NCBI GenBank assembly: GCA_030390025.1
Contig: CM059431.1
Coordinates: forward strand, 134,232,001-134,296,000
From: Squalus acanthias
Taxonomy: Eukaryota
Length of the DNA: 64,000 nt
Direction: 5' to 3'
Each line of letters opens with the position of its first letter. The first letter of the stretch is position 1. Of the stretch, positions 12,311 to 23,749 are shown in pieces. The notes under the pieces were generated by a model, which saw nothing but the letters and a program-made list of their open reading frames with translations, was not told the origin of the DNA and searched no databases. A program made the translations under genes and the position numbers.

Positions 12311-15300
12311 TCACTTGGCCAGTGCTGGGACTAGTGTCCTGGCGAATCGAATAACTAGGGCTGTGGAGAGGGCTTTAAACTAATTAGTGGGGGGGAGGTT
12401 TCAAGAGAGCAAAAAATAAAAATGACAACAGAGAGGGTCATAGACATAGGTAGCAGTAGGGGAATCACAAATCAGAGCGTGGCAGGAAGGGACAGAGTGT
12501 GTGGAGTAAAAGGTAAAGTAGTAAAAAGTGTAAAAGCAGGAACTAAGTGCCACAAAGCATATTTGAAAGTTCTCTATCTGAATGCACGTAGCATTCGTAA
12601 CAAAATAGACGAGTTAATGGCACAAATAACTACATATGGTTATGATATTGTGGCCATTACAGAAACATGGCTGCAGGGTGACAATGCCTGGGAATTAAAC
12701 ATACCAGGTTATTTAACGATCAGGAAGGACAGTCAGGAAGGAAGGGGAGGTGGGGTGGCTATGTTAATAAAGGAAGGAATCACTGTAATACAGAGTAATG
12801 ATATTGGGTCAAAAAATCATGATAATGAAACAGTTTGGGTGGAGATAAGGAATAATAAGGGGAAAAAAACACTAGTGGGCGTAGTCTATAGGCCTCCGAA
12901 CAGTTGCAACTCTGTTGGACGGAGTATCAATCAGGAAATAGTTGAGGCATGTAATAAGGGAACATCTATAATTATGGGGGATTTTAACTATCATATTAAT
13001 TGGACAAATCAAATGGGGCAGGGCTGCCTTGAGGATGAGTTCATTGAGTGTATTAGGGATGGGTTTCTTGAGCAGTATGTAACTGAACCGACCAGGGGGC
13101 AAGCAACCTTAGATCTGGTCCTGTGTAACGAGACAGGATTAATTAAAAATGTCCTAGTAAAGGATCTCCTTGGAATGAGTGACCATAACATGGTTGAATT
13201 CCATATTCAATTAGAGGGTGAGAAGGTTGGATCTCAAACAAGCGTGCTAAGCTTGAATAAAGGAGACTATGAAGGTATGCGAGCGGAATTGAGTAGAGTG
13301 GATTGGGAAAATAGATTAAAGGGTAAGACGACACATGATCAGTGGTGTACATTCAAGGAGTTATTTTACAACTTCCAAAAAATATATATTCCACTGAAAA
13401 GAAAAGGGTGTAAAAAAAAGGACAGTCATCCGTGGCTAAGTAAAGAAATTAAGGATAGTATTCGACTAAAAACAAGGGCATATAAGGTAGCGAAATCTAG
13501 TGGGAGGACAGAGGATTGGGAAAACTTTAAAAGGCAGCAAAAAATAACAAAAAGATTGATTAAGAAAGGGAAGATAGATTATGAAAGTAAATTAGCAAAA
13601 AATATAAAAACAGATAGTAAGAGTTTTTATAGTTATATAAAAAGAAAAAGGGTGGCTAAAGTAAATGTTGGTCCCTTAGAGGATGAGACCGGGAAATTAA
13701 TGGTGGGAAATATGGAGATGGCAAAAACACTGAATGAATATTTTGTATCAGTCTTTACAGTAGAGGACACTAAGAATATCCCAACACTGGACAAACAGGG
13801 GGCTATAGGGGGAGAGGAGCTAAACACGATCAAAATCACTAAGGAAGTGGTACTCGGTAAAATAATGGGACTCAAGGCGGATAAATCACCTGGACCTGAT
13901 GGCTTACATCCTAGAGTCATGAAGGAAGTGGCGGTAGGGATTGTAGATGCATTGGTAATAATTTTTCAAAACTCCCTGGATTCCGCTAAGGTCCCGGCAG
14001 ACTGGAAAACTGCTAATGTAACACCCTTATTTAAAAAGGGCAGTAGACAGAAGGCTGGTAACTATAGACCGGTTAGCCTAACATCTGTGGTAGGTAAAAT
14101 TTTGGAGTCCATTATTAAGGAAACAGTAACAGGACATTTGGATAATCATAATTTAATAGGACAAAGTCAGCATGGTTTTACGAAGGGGAAGTCATGTTTG
14201 ACAAATTTGCTGGAGTTCTTTGAGGAAGTAACATATAGAATGGATAAAGGGGAACCAGTGGACGTAGTGTATTTAGACTTCCAAAAGGCATTTGACAAGG
14301 TGCCACACAAAAGATTATTGCTTAAGGTAAAAAATCACGGGATTGGGGGTAATATTCTGGCATGGATAGAGGATTGGCTATCTAACAGAAAGCAAAGAGT
14401 TGGGATAAATGGTTCAATCTCAGACTGGCAATCAGTAACTAGTGGTGTTCCACAGGGGTCAGTGCTGGGTCCCCAACTCTTTACAATCTATATTAACGAT
14501 TTGGAGGAAGGGACCAAGTGTAACATATCAAAATTTGCAGATGATACAAAGATGGGAGGGAAAGTAGTGAGTGAGGAGGACATAAAAAACCTGCAAGCGG
14601 ACATAGACAGGCTAAGTAAGTGGGCAGAGATTTGGCAGATGGAATACAACACTGGAAAGTGTGAGGTGATGCACTTTGGCAGGAAAAATCCTAGAGCAAT
14701 TTATTATCTTAATGGCAAGAAACTGGAGAGTACTGAAGTGCAAAGGGATCTGGGGGTCCTGGTGCACGAAACTCAAAAGGTTAGTATGCAGGTGCAGCAA
14801 GTGATTAAGAAGGCCAATGGAATGTTGGCTTTCATTGCTAGGGGGATAGAATATAAAAATAGGGAGGTATTGCTTCAGTTGTACAAGGTATTGGTGAGAC
14901 CGCACCTGGAATACTGCATACAGTTTTGGTGTCCTTACTTAAGGAAAGACATCCTTGCTCTCGAGGCAGTGCAAAAAAGGTTCACTCGGTTAATCCCGGG
15001 GATGAGGGGGTGGTCATATGAGGAGAGGTTGGGTAGATTGGGACTCTACTCATTGGAGTTCAGAAGAATGAGAGGCGATCTTATTGAAACATATAAGATT
15101 GTGAAGGGGTTGGATCGGGTGGATGCGGGGAGGATGTTCCCGATGACGGGTGAGACTAGAACTAGGGGACATAGTCTTAGAATAAGGGGCTGCTCTTTCA
15201 AAACTGAGATGAGGAGGAACTACTTCACTCAGAGGGTGGTAGGTCCATGGAATATGCTGCCACAAAAAGCTGTAGAAGCTACATCATTAAATAAATTTAA

Positions 15301-15610
15301 AACAGAAATAGACAGTTTCCTAGAAGTAAAGGGCATTCGGGGTTACGGGGAGCGGGCAGGAATTTGGACATGAGTCTAGGTTCGGATCGGTCATGGCCCT
15401 GTGGGTAGTGGAGCGGGCCCAGGGACCGTGTAGCCTGATTCTGCTCCTATTTCGTGTGTGCAATTCTGTTAGATGCAGGAGATGGTTCTGTGATAGATAG
15501 TAGATTGGCGGTTAGGATCAGATCAGCCATGATCTTATTGAATGGCGGAGCAGGCTCGAGGGGCCGATTGGCCTACTCCTGCTCCTATTTCTTATGTTCT
15601 TATGTTCTTA
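12311..15610 (+). mobile_element. Young 5'-truncated CR1 LINE with intact ORF2
   Basis: Near-identical to 5251-8730. TACT is present on both sides (possible TSD). Confidence 0.95.
12422..15373 (+). CDS. CR1 ORF2: APE endonuclease + reverse transcriptase, 983 aa, uninterrupted
   Basis: [59 protein letters not shown]. Confidence 0.93.
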   Translation: MTTERVIDIGSSRGITNQSVAGRDRVCGVKGKVVKSVKAGTKCHKAYLKVLYLNARSIRNKIDELMAQITTYGYDIVAITETWLQGDNAWELNIPGYLTIRKDSQEGRGGGVAMLIKEGITVIQSNDIGSKNHDNETVWVEIRNNKGKKTLVGVVYRPPNSCNSVGRSINQEIVEACNKGTSIIMGDFNYHINWTNQMGQGCLEDEFIECIRDGFLEQYVTEPTRGQATLDLVLCNETGLIKNVLVKDLLGMSDHNMVEFHIQLEGEKVGSQTSVLSLNKGDYEGMRAELSRVDWENRLKGKTTHDQWCTFKELFYNFQKIYIPLKRKGCKKKDSHPWLSKEIKDSIRLKTRAYKVAKSSGRTEDWENFKRQQKITKRLIKKGKIDYESKLAKNIKTDSKSFYSYIKRKRVAKVNVGPLEDETGKLMVGNMEMAKTLNEYFVSVFTVEDTKNIPTLDKQGAIGGEELNTIKITKEVVLGKIMGLKADKSPGPDGLHPRVMKEVAVGIVDALVIIFQNSLDSAKVPADWKTANVTPLFKKGSRQKAGNYRPVSLTSVVGKILESIIKETVTGHLDNHNLIGQSQHGFTKGKSCLTNLLEFFEEVTYRMDKGEPVDVVYLDFQKAFDKVPHKRLLLKVKNHGIGGNILAWIEDWLSNRKQRVGINGSISDWQSVTSGVPQGSVLGPQLFTIYINDLEEGTKCNISKFADDTKMGGKVVSEEDIKNLQADIDRLSKWAEIWQMEYNTGKCEVMHFGRKNPRAIYYLNGKKLESTEVQRDLGVLVHETQKVSMQVQQVIKKANGMLAFIARGIEYKNREVLLQLYKVLVRPHLEYCIQFWCPYLRKDILALEAVQKRFTRLIPGMRGWSYEERLGRLGLYSLEFRRMRGDLIETYKIVKGLDRVDAGRMFPMTGETRTRGHSLRIRGCSFKTEMRRNYFTQRVVGPWNMLPQKAVEATSLNKFKTEIDSFLEVKGIRGYGERAGIWT

Positions 15611-18045
15611 TACTCATTGCAGCCTTGAATCTCGGCCTGGAGAGACCTGTACATCAAATCTGCTGGAAAGAACAATGGAGAGTACCAGGGAAAGAGCTCA
15701 GAGTGCAGCCCCCAAAGTCTCTTCTAAATCGATACAAGGAAGGGCAAATCAAAATGAACCTGCAAAGTGCTGCTCAGTACCCAAAACTCCTTCACACAGC
15801 GTTGAATCTCTCCAGAAGTCTCTCTCTCTCTCTCACAAAATGCGTGGTGCAAAAATGTCACAAACAAAAAAAGGCAGGAAGCGGTCGCCTTTAAATAGCG
15901 CTCCCCCAGTCCCTTCCTGACTGCAAAACGCTCCCCTCAACCTGTCGTTGCTAGTGGCAGGCGGTAAGGCAGGGGGCGCCACTCAATATCCGCTCCAGGG
16001 CGCTACCGGGGCGTTGCGCACTCGACTGACGTCACGATCTGCCGGCGCAGGAGATCGTGGTGGTAGTGTTTAGCGCCGCCGCAAAATGTCTAGTTAATTT
16101 CGCGAGCGGTGCAAACATCGCTGCGCCCGGGCGCTAGTTGCTTTGCGCTCCATTAGCACCCTCTTAAGGCGCTAATGGGAGGCGCAACCAACTGAATTTT
16201 TCCCCCAAAGTCTTTTTGTAATATCTCTCCCATCTTTCTTCATGCCCTCTCCGAGCTCATCTCATCAATGAAACCTAACTCCTGCTCCATTACCGCTAAA
16301 CTTCTTTTCCTAGCCCCCATGTTAGCTGACATTGTAAATGGTTCCCTCACCTCAGGTACTTTCTTCCTCCTTTTCAAAACCGCCGTCATCATCCTCCCTC
16401 TAAAACCCACCCTCGTTCCCTCTGTCCTTGCTAACTACAGTCCCATCTCCAACCTTTTCTTCTATAAAGTCTGAGAATGTGTTGTCGCCTAAAAATGCGT
16501 GCTAATATTTCCCACAACTCCATGTTTGAATCTCTCTAATCAGGTTTACATCCCTGCAACAGCATCGAAACAACCCTAACCAAAGTCACAAATTACATCC
16601 TCTGGTATTATGACCATGGTACATTATTCATCCTTGTCCTCTCTGCAGCCTTTGACATGGTCGACCACTCCACCTTCCTTGAACGGCTCTCCTCAGTGGA
16701 ACTGCTCTCACTTGGTTCCCCTCTTACCAATCCGATTGTAGCCAGTTCATCTCCAACAATGGTTTGTCTTCCTACCCCTCTATCATTACCTCTGAAGATC
16801 CCTCGAAGATCTATCCTTTGCCCCCTCCTTTTCCTCATCTACATGCTGCCACTTGGCAACATTATCCAAAGACCTGGGATCAGCTTCCACATATACGCTG
16901 ATAACACCCAGTTCCATCTCTCCACCAACTTGAGCCCTCCACTTCATCAGTGTTGTGAAACTGCTCATCTGATATCCAGTCTTGCGTGAAACGCAATTTC
17001 TTCCAGCTAAACACGTCCGCCCTAACCTACATTGGCTCCCAGTCCCCCAAGAAGTCTAACTTAAAATGTTCATTCTCGTCCTTATCCCCCTCCTTATCTC
17101 TGTAACCTCTGTAACCTTCTCCAGCTATACAAGCCCCCCCTCCCAAACTCTCAATCTTTCTAATTATGACCTCTTGTGTGCACTCCCTCCCTTCAACCCA
17201 CTATTGCATATGTGTCTTCAGTCACTTAGGCCCCACCTCTGGAAGTCCTTCCCTAAACCCCTCCACCTCCTCCCCTCCCTTAAAACCATCCGCAAAACCC
17301 ACCTTTTTGATTGAGCTTTCGGTCACTATTCCTAATAGCTCCTTCCTTGGCTTGGCATCCTTTTTTATGATTATGCCGCTGTGAATTACATTGGGACTTT
17401 TTTGACATTGAAGGCTGTACAAATGCAAGTTGTTGTTGTCTTTATCTCTTTGCCCGTATTTTTACAGATTGGCGTCATATACCATTTTCTCCCATCCTCA
17501 GGCACAGTTCCTGTTTCCAAGGATTCCCGAAAGATACCTAATAGAACTTGTCCAATTTCGTTCGATATTTTCACAAGCACCCCAGGATGCAATCTGACTG
17601 ACTGCAGGGTCTTGGCTTCCTTCAGCCTGTCTATTAGCTATCAGTTACATCTGTTTTTCCTGGAAGGTCATCATTTTGTCCTAGAAATTCTACCCCTCGG
17701 ATGGCTGCCGAAGGTTTCCTCCATAAACACAGTTAGAATTTATTTAGAATAGTTTCCAAGGGTCATCTTCCACATGTATGCTGCTGACACCTAGCTCTGC
17801 ACTCCCTATCTCGACCCCTCCATTGTCTTTGGGCTGTCAGATTGCTTCTCATCCAGTCATGTACAATCTCTCATTTCCTCCAGCGAAACATTGGGAAAAC
17901 GAAAGTCAGCCTTCAGCCCTCAGCACAAATGCTGTACCCTTGTCACCAACTTCATCCCCCGTCCCGAGCCAGTTTCTCAGGGTGAACCAAGCTACTTGAA
18001 ACCTCAGTGTCTTATTCAAACCTAAGCGGAGTTTACAACTCCATA

Positions 18046-18240
18046 TCAACAACAATAACTTGCATTTATATAGCGCCTTTAATGTAGTAAAACAGTAGTA
18101 TTATAGGACAAAAATAAGGATAAATTAGGGCAGGTGACCAAAAGCTTGGTCAAAGAGTTAGGTTTTAAGGAGCATCTTAAAGGAGGAAAGATAGGTAGCG
18201 AAGCAGAGAGGTTTCGGCAGGGAATTCCAGAGCTGGTTCC
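18046..18240 (-). mobile_element. L2-type 3' terminal fragment
   Basis: caacaacaataacttgcatttatatagcgcc is the reverse complement of the same type of tail seen at ~17400-17440. Confidence 0.65.
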
Positions 18241-18847
18241 AACAGTTGGAGATGCAGAGCTTCAGCAACAACTCCTTGATTTGCTGCAACCCAATCATAG
18301 TAGGCACTGAGCCGACCAATTGGGTTGTAGAGAGGAAAGGAGTTGTTGTTGAATATATGTGACAAAAATGAAGCATTTTGTCTAAGATTTAACATGGTAT
18401 TGTTGTGGGAAGAAAGAAAAATCTAAAGGAGAGCGGAGACAGGATGAGGTTTGAGGAGCGAGAGAACAGGTCCCTACTATTTTAGTAGATCAAATCAAGA
18501 CCCCTTCTACTAGTAGAGTTCCTCTGTCAGACACAGAGGGATGAGGTTCCCAAAAGGACCACCTGGGGCAAAGCGAAGACTCCGTCAAGGTGTTTCCCAG
18601 GAGTATGAGAGATTTCAGGAACAGGCTATTGACCCGACTTTACTGAACGTGAAAACCAAAGTGGTATCGGTTAATGGACACCCGGTAGAAGGTAAAGTAA
18701 AAAGGGCTGGGCCTTACTATATCATTGAGAATGATTTGTTGTACATGGTGACCAGTGATCACAGGGTTGACGTAGAACAACTATTGGTTCCAAAACTCTT
18801 GACAGCTCGTATTAAAACTGGCGTATAAATACCAACATGAGGGAAAA

Positions 18848-20676
18848 ACCTACTTCACCTCGGCCTCACCAATCAACCTGTCGCAGATGTATCTGTCCAT
18901 GACAGTATTGGTAGCAGTGACCACCACACAGTCATTGTGGAGACGAAGTCCCATCTTCACACTGAGGATACCCTCCATTGTGTTGTGTGGCACTACCACC
19001 GCGCTAAATGGGATAGATTCAGAACATTAAACAACTAACGAGGGGAGGAGGCTCCATGAATATCCTCATCCTCAAAGATGGTGGAGCCCAGCACGTGAGT
19101 GCAAAAGACAATGCTGAAGCGTTTACAACCACAAAAAGCAGGACAAATCCAATCCGGCAAACTCCCGCCCCATCAGTCTACTCTCAATTATCAGCAATGT
19201 GATGGAAGGTGTCATCGACAGTGCTATCAAGCGGCACTTACTCACCAATAACCTGCTCACTGATGCCCAGTTTGGGTTCCGCCAAGACCACTCGGCTCCC
19301 GACCTCATTACAGCCTTGGTCCAAACATGGACAAAGGAGCTGAATTCCAGAGGTGAGGTGAGAGTGACTGCCCTTGACATCAAGGCAGTATTTGAACGAG
19401 TGTAGCATCAAGTAGCCCCAGTAAAACTGAAGTCAATGGGAATCGGGGGGAAAACTCTCCACTGGCTGGAGTCATACCTAGCACAAAGGAAAATGGTTGT
19501 GGTGGTTGGAGGTCACTCATCACAGCCCCATGACATCGCTGCAGGAGTTCCTCAGGGCAGTGCCCTAGGCCCAACCATCTTCAGCTGCTTCAGCAATTAC
19601 CTTCCCTCCAACAGAAGGTCAGAAATGGGGATGTTCGCTGATGACTTCACAGTGTTCAGTGCCACTCGCAACTCCTCAGATAATGAAGCAGTCCATGCTC
19701 GCATGCAACAAGACCTGGACGAAGTTCAGGCTTGGGCTGTTAAGTGGCAGGTAACATTCGCGCCACACAAGTGCCAGGCAATTACTATCTCCAACAAGCG
19801 ACAGTCTACCCACCACCCCTTAACATTCAACGGCATTACCATCGCCGAATCCCCCACCATCAACATACTGCGGCTCACTATTGACCAGAAACTTAACTGG
19901 ACCAGCCACATAAATACTGTGGTAGCAAGAGCAGGCGAGTGTCTCACCTCCTGACTCCCCAAAGCCTTTCCACCATCTACAAGGCACAAGTAAGGAGTGT
20001 GATGGAATACTCTCCACTTGCCTGGATGAGTGCAGCTCCAACAACACTCAAGAAGCGCGACACCATCCAGGACAAAGCAGCCTGCTTGACTGGCACCCCA
20101 TCCACCACCTTAAACATTCCCTCCCTCCACCACCGGCGTACCGTGGCTGCAGTGTGTACCATCTACAAGATGCACTGCAGCAACTCACCAAGGCTTCTTC
20201 GGTAGCACCTCCCTAACCCGCCACCTCTTCCACTTAGAAGAACAAGGGCAGCAGGCGCATGGGAACACCACCACCTCCAAGTTCCCCTCCAAGTCACACA
20301 CCATCCTGACTTGGAAATATATCGCCGATCCTTCACCGTCGCTTGGTCAAAATCCTGGAACTCCCTACCTAACAGCACTGTGGGAGTACCTTCACTACAC
20401 AGACTTCAGCAGTTCAAGAAGGCGGCTCACCACCACCTTCTCAAGGGCAACTAGGGATGAGCAATAAATGCTGGCCTTGCCAGCGACGCCCACATCCCAT
20501 GAACGAATAAAAATAAGAACTCTACTGGGTAGAATCATACCTAGCACTAAGGAAGATGGTTGTGGTTGTTGGAGGCCAATCATCTCAGCCCCAGGACATC
20601 ACTGCAGGATTTTCTCCGGGCAGTGTCCTAGGCCCAACCATCTTCAGCTGCTGCATCAATGACCTTCTCTCATCGT
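18848..20676 (+). mobile_element. Family B LINE, internally deleted, 3' end at ~20515, followed by a short second RT fragment
   Basis: ORFs 19199, 19436, 19939 (QFGFRQDHS, LDIKAVF, GVPQGSALGP, FADD). Confidence 0.88.
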
Positions 20677-20894
20677 AAGGCTCAGCTTAGGGTAGAAAAA
20701 ACCCAGATAATCCTACGATGATTGGTTTTTGGCCTGGGATTTATAAAGAAGTGTTAATGTATTATAATTCCTGTCCAGAATGTCAATTGGCAGGACATAA
20801 ACCTTGTCATCATGCTCCGTTAGTCCCCCACACAAATCGATGTACCCTTTGAAAGAATTGCTATGAACCTGGTGGGGCCTTTGGAGAATTCCAC

Positions 20895-22413
20895 CAGATG
20901 CCAATCTTCAGCCAATTCCATTCACTCCACGTGATATCAAGAAACGACTGAGCGCACTGGATACAGCAAAGGCTCTGGTTCGACAACATCCCGGCTGTAG
21001 TGCTGAAGACTTGTGATCCAGAACTAGCTACTCCATTACAGCTATAACACTGGCATATACCTGACAAAGTGGAAAATTGCCCAAGTATGTCCTGTCCTAT
21101 CCACAAAAATCAGGACAAATCCAATCCAACCAATTACCACCCCATCAGCCTATTCTCAGTACTCAGCAAAGTGATGGACGGTGTCGTCAACAGTGCTATC
21201 AAGTGGCACTTACTCACCAATAACCTGCTAACCGATGCCCAGTTTGGGTTCCACCAGGAACACTCTGCTTCAGACCTTATTACATCCTTGGTCCAAACAT
21301 GGACAAAAGAGTTGAATTCCACAGGTGAGGTGAGAATGACTGCCCTTGACATCAAGGCAGCATTTGACTGAGTGTGGCACCAAGGAGGCCCAATAAAATT
21401 GAAGTCAATGGGAATCAGGGGGGAAACTCTCCACTGAGTAGAGTCATAGATAGCACAAAGAAAGATAGTTGTGGTTGTTGGAGGCCAATCATCTGAGCCT
21501 AGGACATCACTGCAGGAGTTCCTCAGGGCAGTGTCCTAGGCCCAACCATCTTCAGCTGCTTCATCAATGACCTTCCTTCACTGTAAGGTCAGAAGTGGGG
21601 ATGTTCGCTAATGATTGCATAGTTTTCAGTTCCATTTGCAGTTCCTCAGATAATGAAGCAGCAAGGCCTGGACAACATCCAAGCTTGAGCTGATAATTGG
21701 CAAGTAACATTTGCACCACACAAGTGCCAGGCAATACCATCTCCAGCAAGAGAGAGTCTAACCACCTCCCCTTGACATTCAATGGCTTTACCACTGTCGA
21801 ATCCCCCAGCCATCAACATCCTGAGGGGTCACCATTGACCAGACACTTAACTGGACCAGCCACATAAATACTGTGGCAACAAGAGCAGTTCAGAGGCTGG
21901 GTATTCTGTGGCAAGTGACTGAACTCCAGACTCCCCAAAGCCTTTCCACCACTTACAAGGCACAAGTCAGGAGTGTGATGGAATACTCTCCACTTGCCTG
22001 GATAAGCGCAGCTCCAACAACACTCAAGAAGTTCAACACCATCCAGGACAAAGCAGCCCGCTTGTTCAGCACCCCATCCACCACCTTAAACATTCACTCC
22101 CTCCACCACCGCTGCAACGTGGCTGCAGTGTGTACCATCTTCAAGATGCACTGCAGCAACTCGCCAAGGCTTCTTCGACAGCACCTCCCAAACCCACAAC
22201 CTCTACCACCTAGAAGGACAAAGGCAGCAGGCTCATGGGAATACCCCCACCCCAAGTTCCCCTCTAAGTCACACACTATGGGAGTACCTTCACCACACGG
22301 ACTGCAGCAGTTCAAGAAGGCGGCTCACCACCACCTTCTCAAGGGCAATTATGGATGGGCAATAAATGCTAGCCTTGCCAGCAACGCCCACATACGTGAA
22401 TGAATAAAAAAAA
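20895..22413 (+). mobile_element. Family B LINE, 5'-truncated
   Basis: ORFs 21069 and 21873; poly-A end at ~22405-22413. Confidence 0.88.
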
Positions 22414-22632
22414 GGTCTGCCAAGGGATACCAGTATATTCTAGTAATAATTGATTCTGCGACCAAGTATCCAGAGGCTATTCTTTTATGGAATATGGCAT
22501 CAAAAAACATTGCCAATTAATTGGTAAAGGTATTTTCCAGGTTAGGAAATCCAAAACAGAGATTCTGTCAGATTAGGAGACTCTGTTTATATCCAAACTA
22601 ATGGGAGACTTATGTGCATTGTTAAAGATTAA

Positions 22633-23527
22633 GGGGTAGAAATTAGGTCGCGCCCCATTTGGGGCGCAAATATCGTCTGGACGCAAATATTAGCGCCTGG
22701 CGCTAATTATCGGCACTGACTGGAAACTTCACTTTTACCGCCCCGGGAGGTGAGTGGAGCGCTAAAGCAGGCGCTGCACACCTGTCTTAAGGCGCAAAGG
22801 CCAAGGAGTGAGGCGCTAACTCAGAGCGCTGGCGAAGCTCATGTAATGTCAGTCAGCAATGGAACACACACACAATGGCACGGACCAGTTCTTAAAGGGG
22901 ATGATTAATCTTGCTTTCCATCCACATCCTGTTCATTGCAGCCTTGAATCTCGGCCTGGAGAGACTTGCACATCAAATGTGCTGGAAAGAACAATGGAGA
23001 GTACCAGGCAAAGAGCTCAGAGTGTAGCTCCCACAGTCTCTGCTAAATCGATACAAGGAATGGCAAATCAAAATGAACCTGCAAAGTGCTGCTCAGTACC
23101 CAAAACTCCTTCACACAACGTTGAATCTCTCCAGAAGTCTCTCCCTCTCTCTCTCAGAATGCGTAGTTCAAAAATGCCACCAACAATAAAAGACAGGAAG
23201 AGGCCCCCTTTAAATAGCGCCCCCCCCCCAGCCCCACAGCGATTGATAGCGTTCCAGTCTTCTGGTCGTTGGATGCGCCAGGCGGTAAGGCAGGGGGCGC
23301 CACTCAATTTCCGCTCCGGGGCGCCACAAGGGCGTTGCACCATGGAATGACGTCACAATCTGCGCGCGCAGGTGGTCGCAGCGGTAAGTTTTAGCGCCGC
23401 CGCACAATCTCAAGTTAAGTTCTCGAGCGGCGCAAACATCGCTGCGCCCGGGCGTTAGCGGCTTTGCGCCCCATTAGCGCCCTCTTAAGGCGCTAACGGG
23501 AGGCGCAACCAACTGAATTTTTACCCC
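22633..23527 (+). mobile_element. Intact non-autonomous Harbinger (895 bp)
   Basis: TIR GGGGTAGAAATT / AATTTTTACCCC, TSD TAA/TAA, CpG-rich subterminal TAGCGCC/GGCGCTA repeats. Confidence 0.92.
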
Positions 23528-23749
23528 TAAGGCTCTACGAACCTTGGTATGATGGGTTGGTCGAGCTTTTCAATAAAACTTTGAAAAGTATGTTAAAGAA
23601 AGCAGGATACAGGGATCGCAAGAACTGGGACACGTTGTTACCGTACTTAAAATACTTGGAATTCGAGAAGTTCCCCAGGCCTTTTGAGCTTCTCTGTGGG
23701 AGACAACCACGTGGACTTCTAGATATCACTAGAAAGCATTGAAACTAGA

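Larger units (their letters stand above)
12010..16206 (+). mobile_element. Non-autonomous Harbinger (~0.9 kb net) split by a CR1 insertion
   Basis: TIR GGGGGACAAATTCAGT / ACTGAATTTTTCCCCC, flanks TAA/AAA, colinear with the intact copy 22633-23527. Confidence 0.88.
11700..17440 (+). mobile_element. Degraded L2-type LINE (~11700-12009 and 16207-17440), interrupted by Harbinger + CR1
   Basis: RT remnants (LANYSPISNL, MVDHSTFLERL, LFLIYMLPLG..FHIYADNTQ), C/T-rich sense strand, L2-like 3' end with a GTTGTTGTT tail. Confidence 0.75.
18540..23745 (+). mobile_element. Gypsy-type LTR retrotransposon pol/integrase remnant in four pieces (~18540-18835, ~20677-20895, ~22414-22632, 23528-23745)
   Basis: Colinear motifs IENDLLY..EQLLVPK; FWPGI.KEV..SCPECQ..PFERIAMNLVGPL; YQYILVIIDSATKYPEAI; DGLVELFNKTLKSML..NWDTLLPYL. 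No LTRs seen. Confidence 0.8.

Noticed and set aside
5251..15610. Segmental duplication of the two CR1 copies
   Set aside because: Similarity is confined to the element; flanks and 5' ends differ.
22859..23350. 163-aa ORF recurring at ~15594
   Set aside because: Crosses the deletion junction of a non-autonomous Harbinger; only a few codons derive from the Myb gene.
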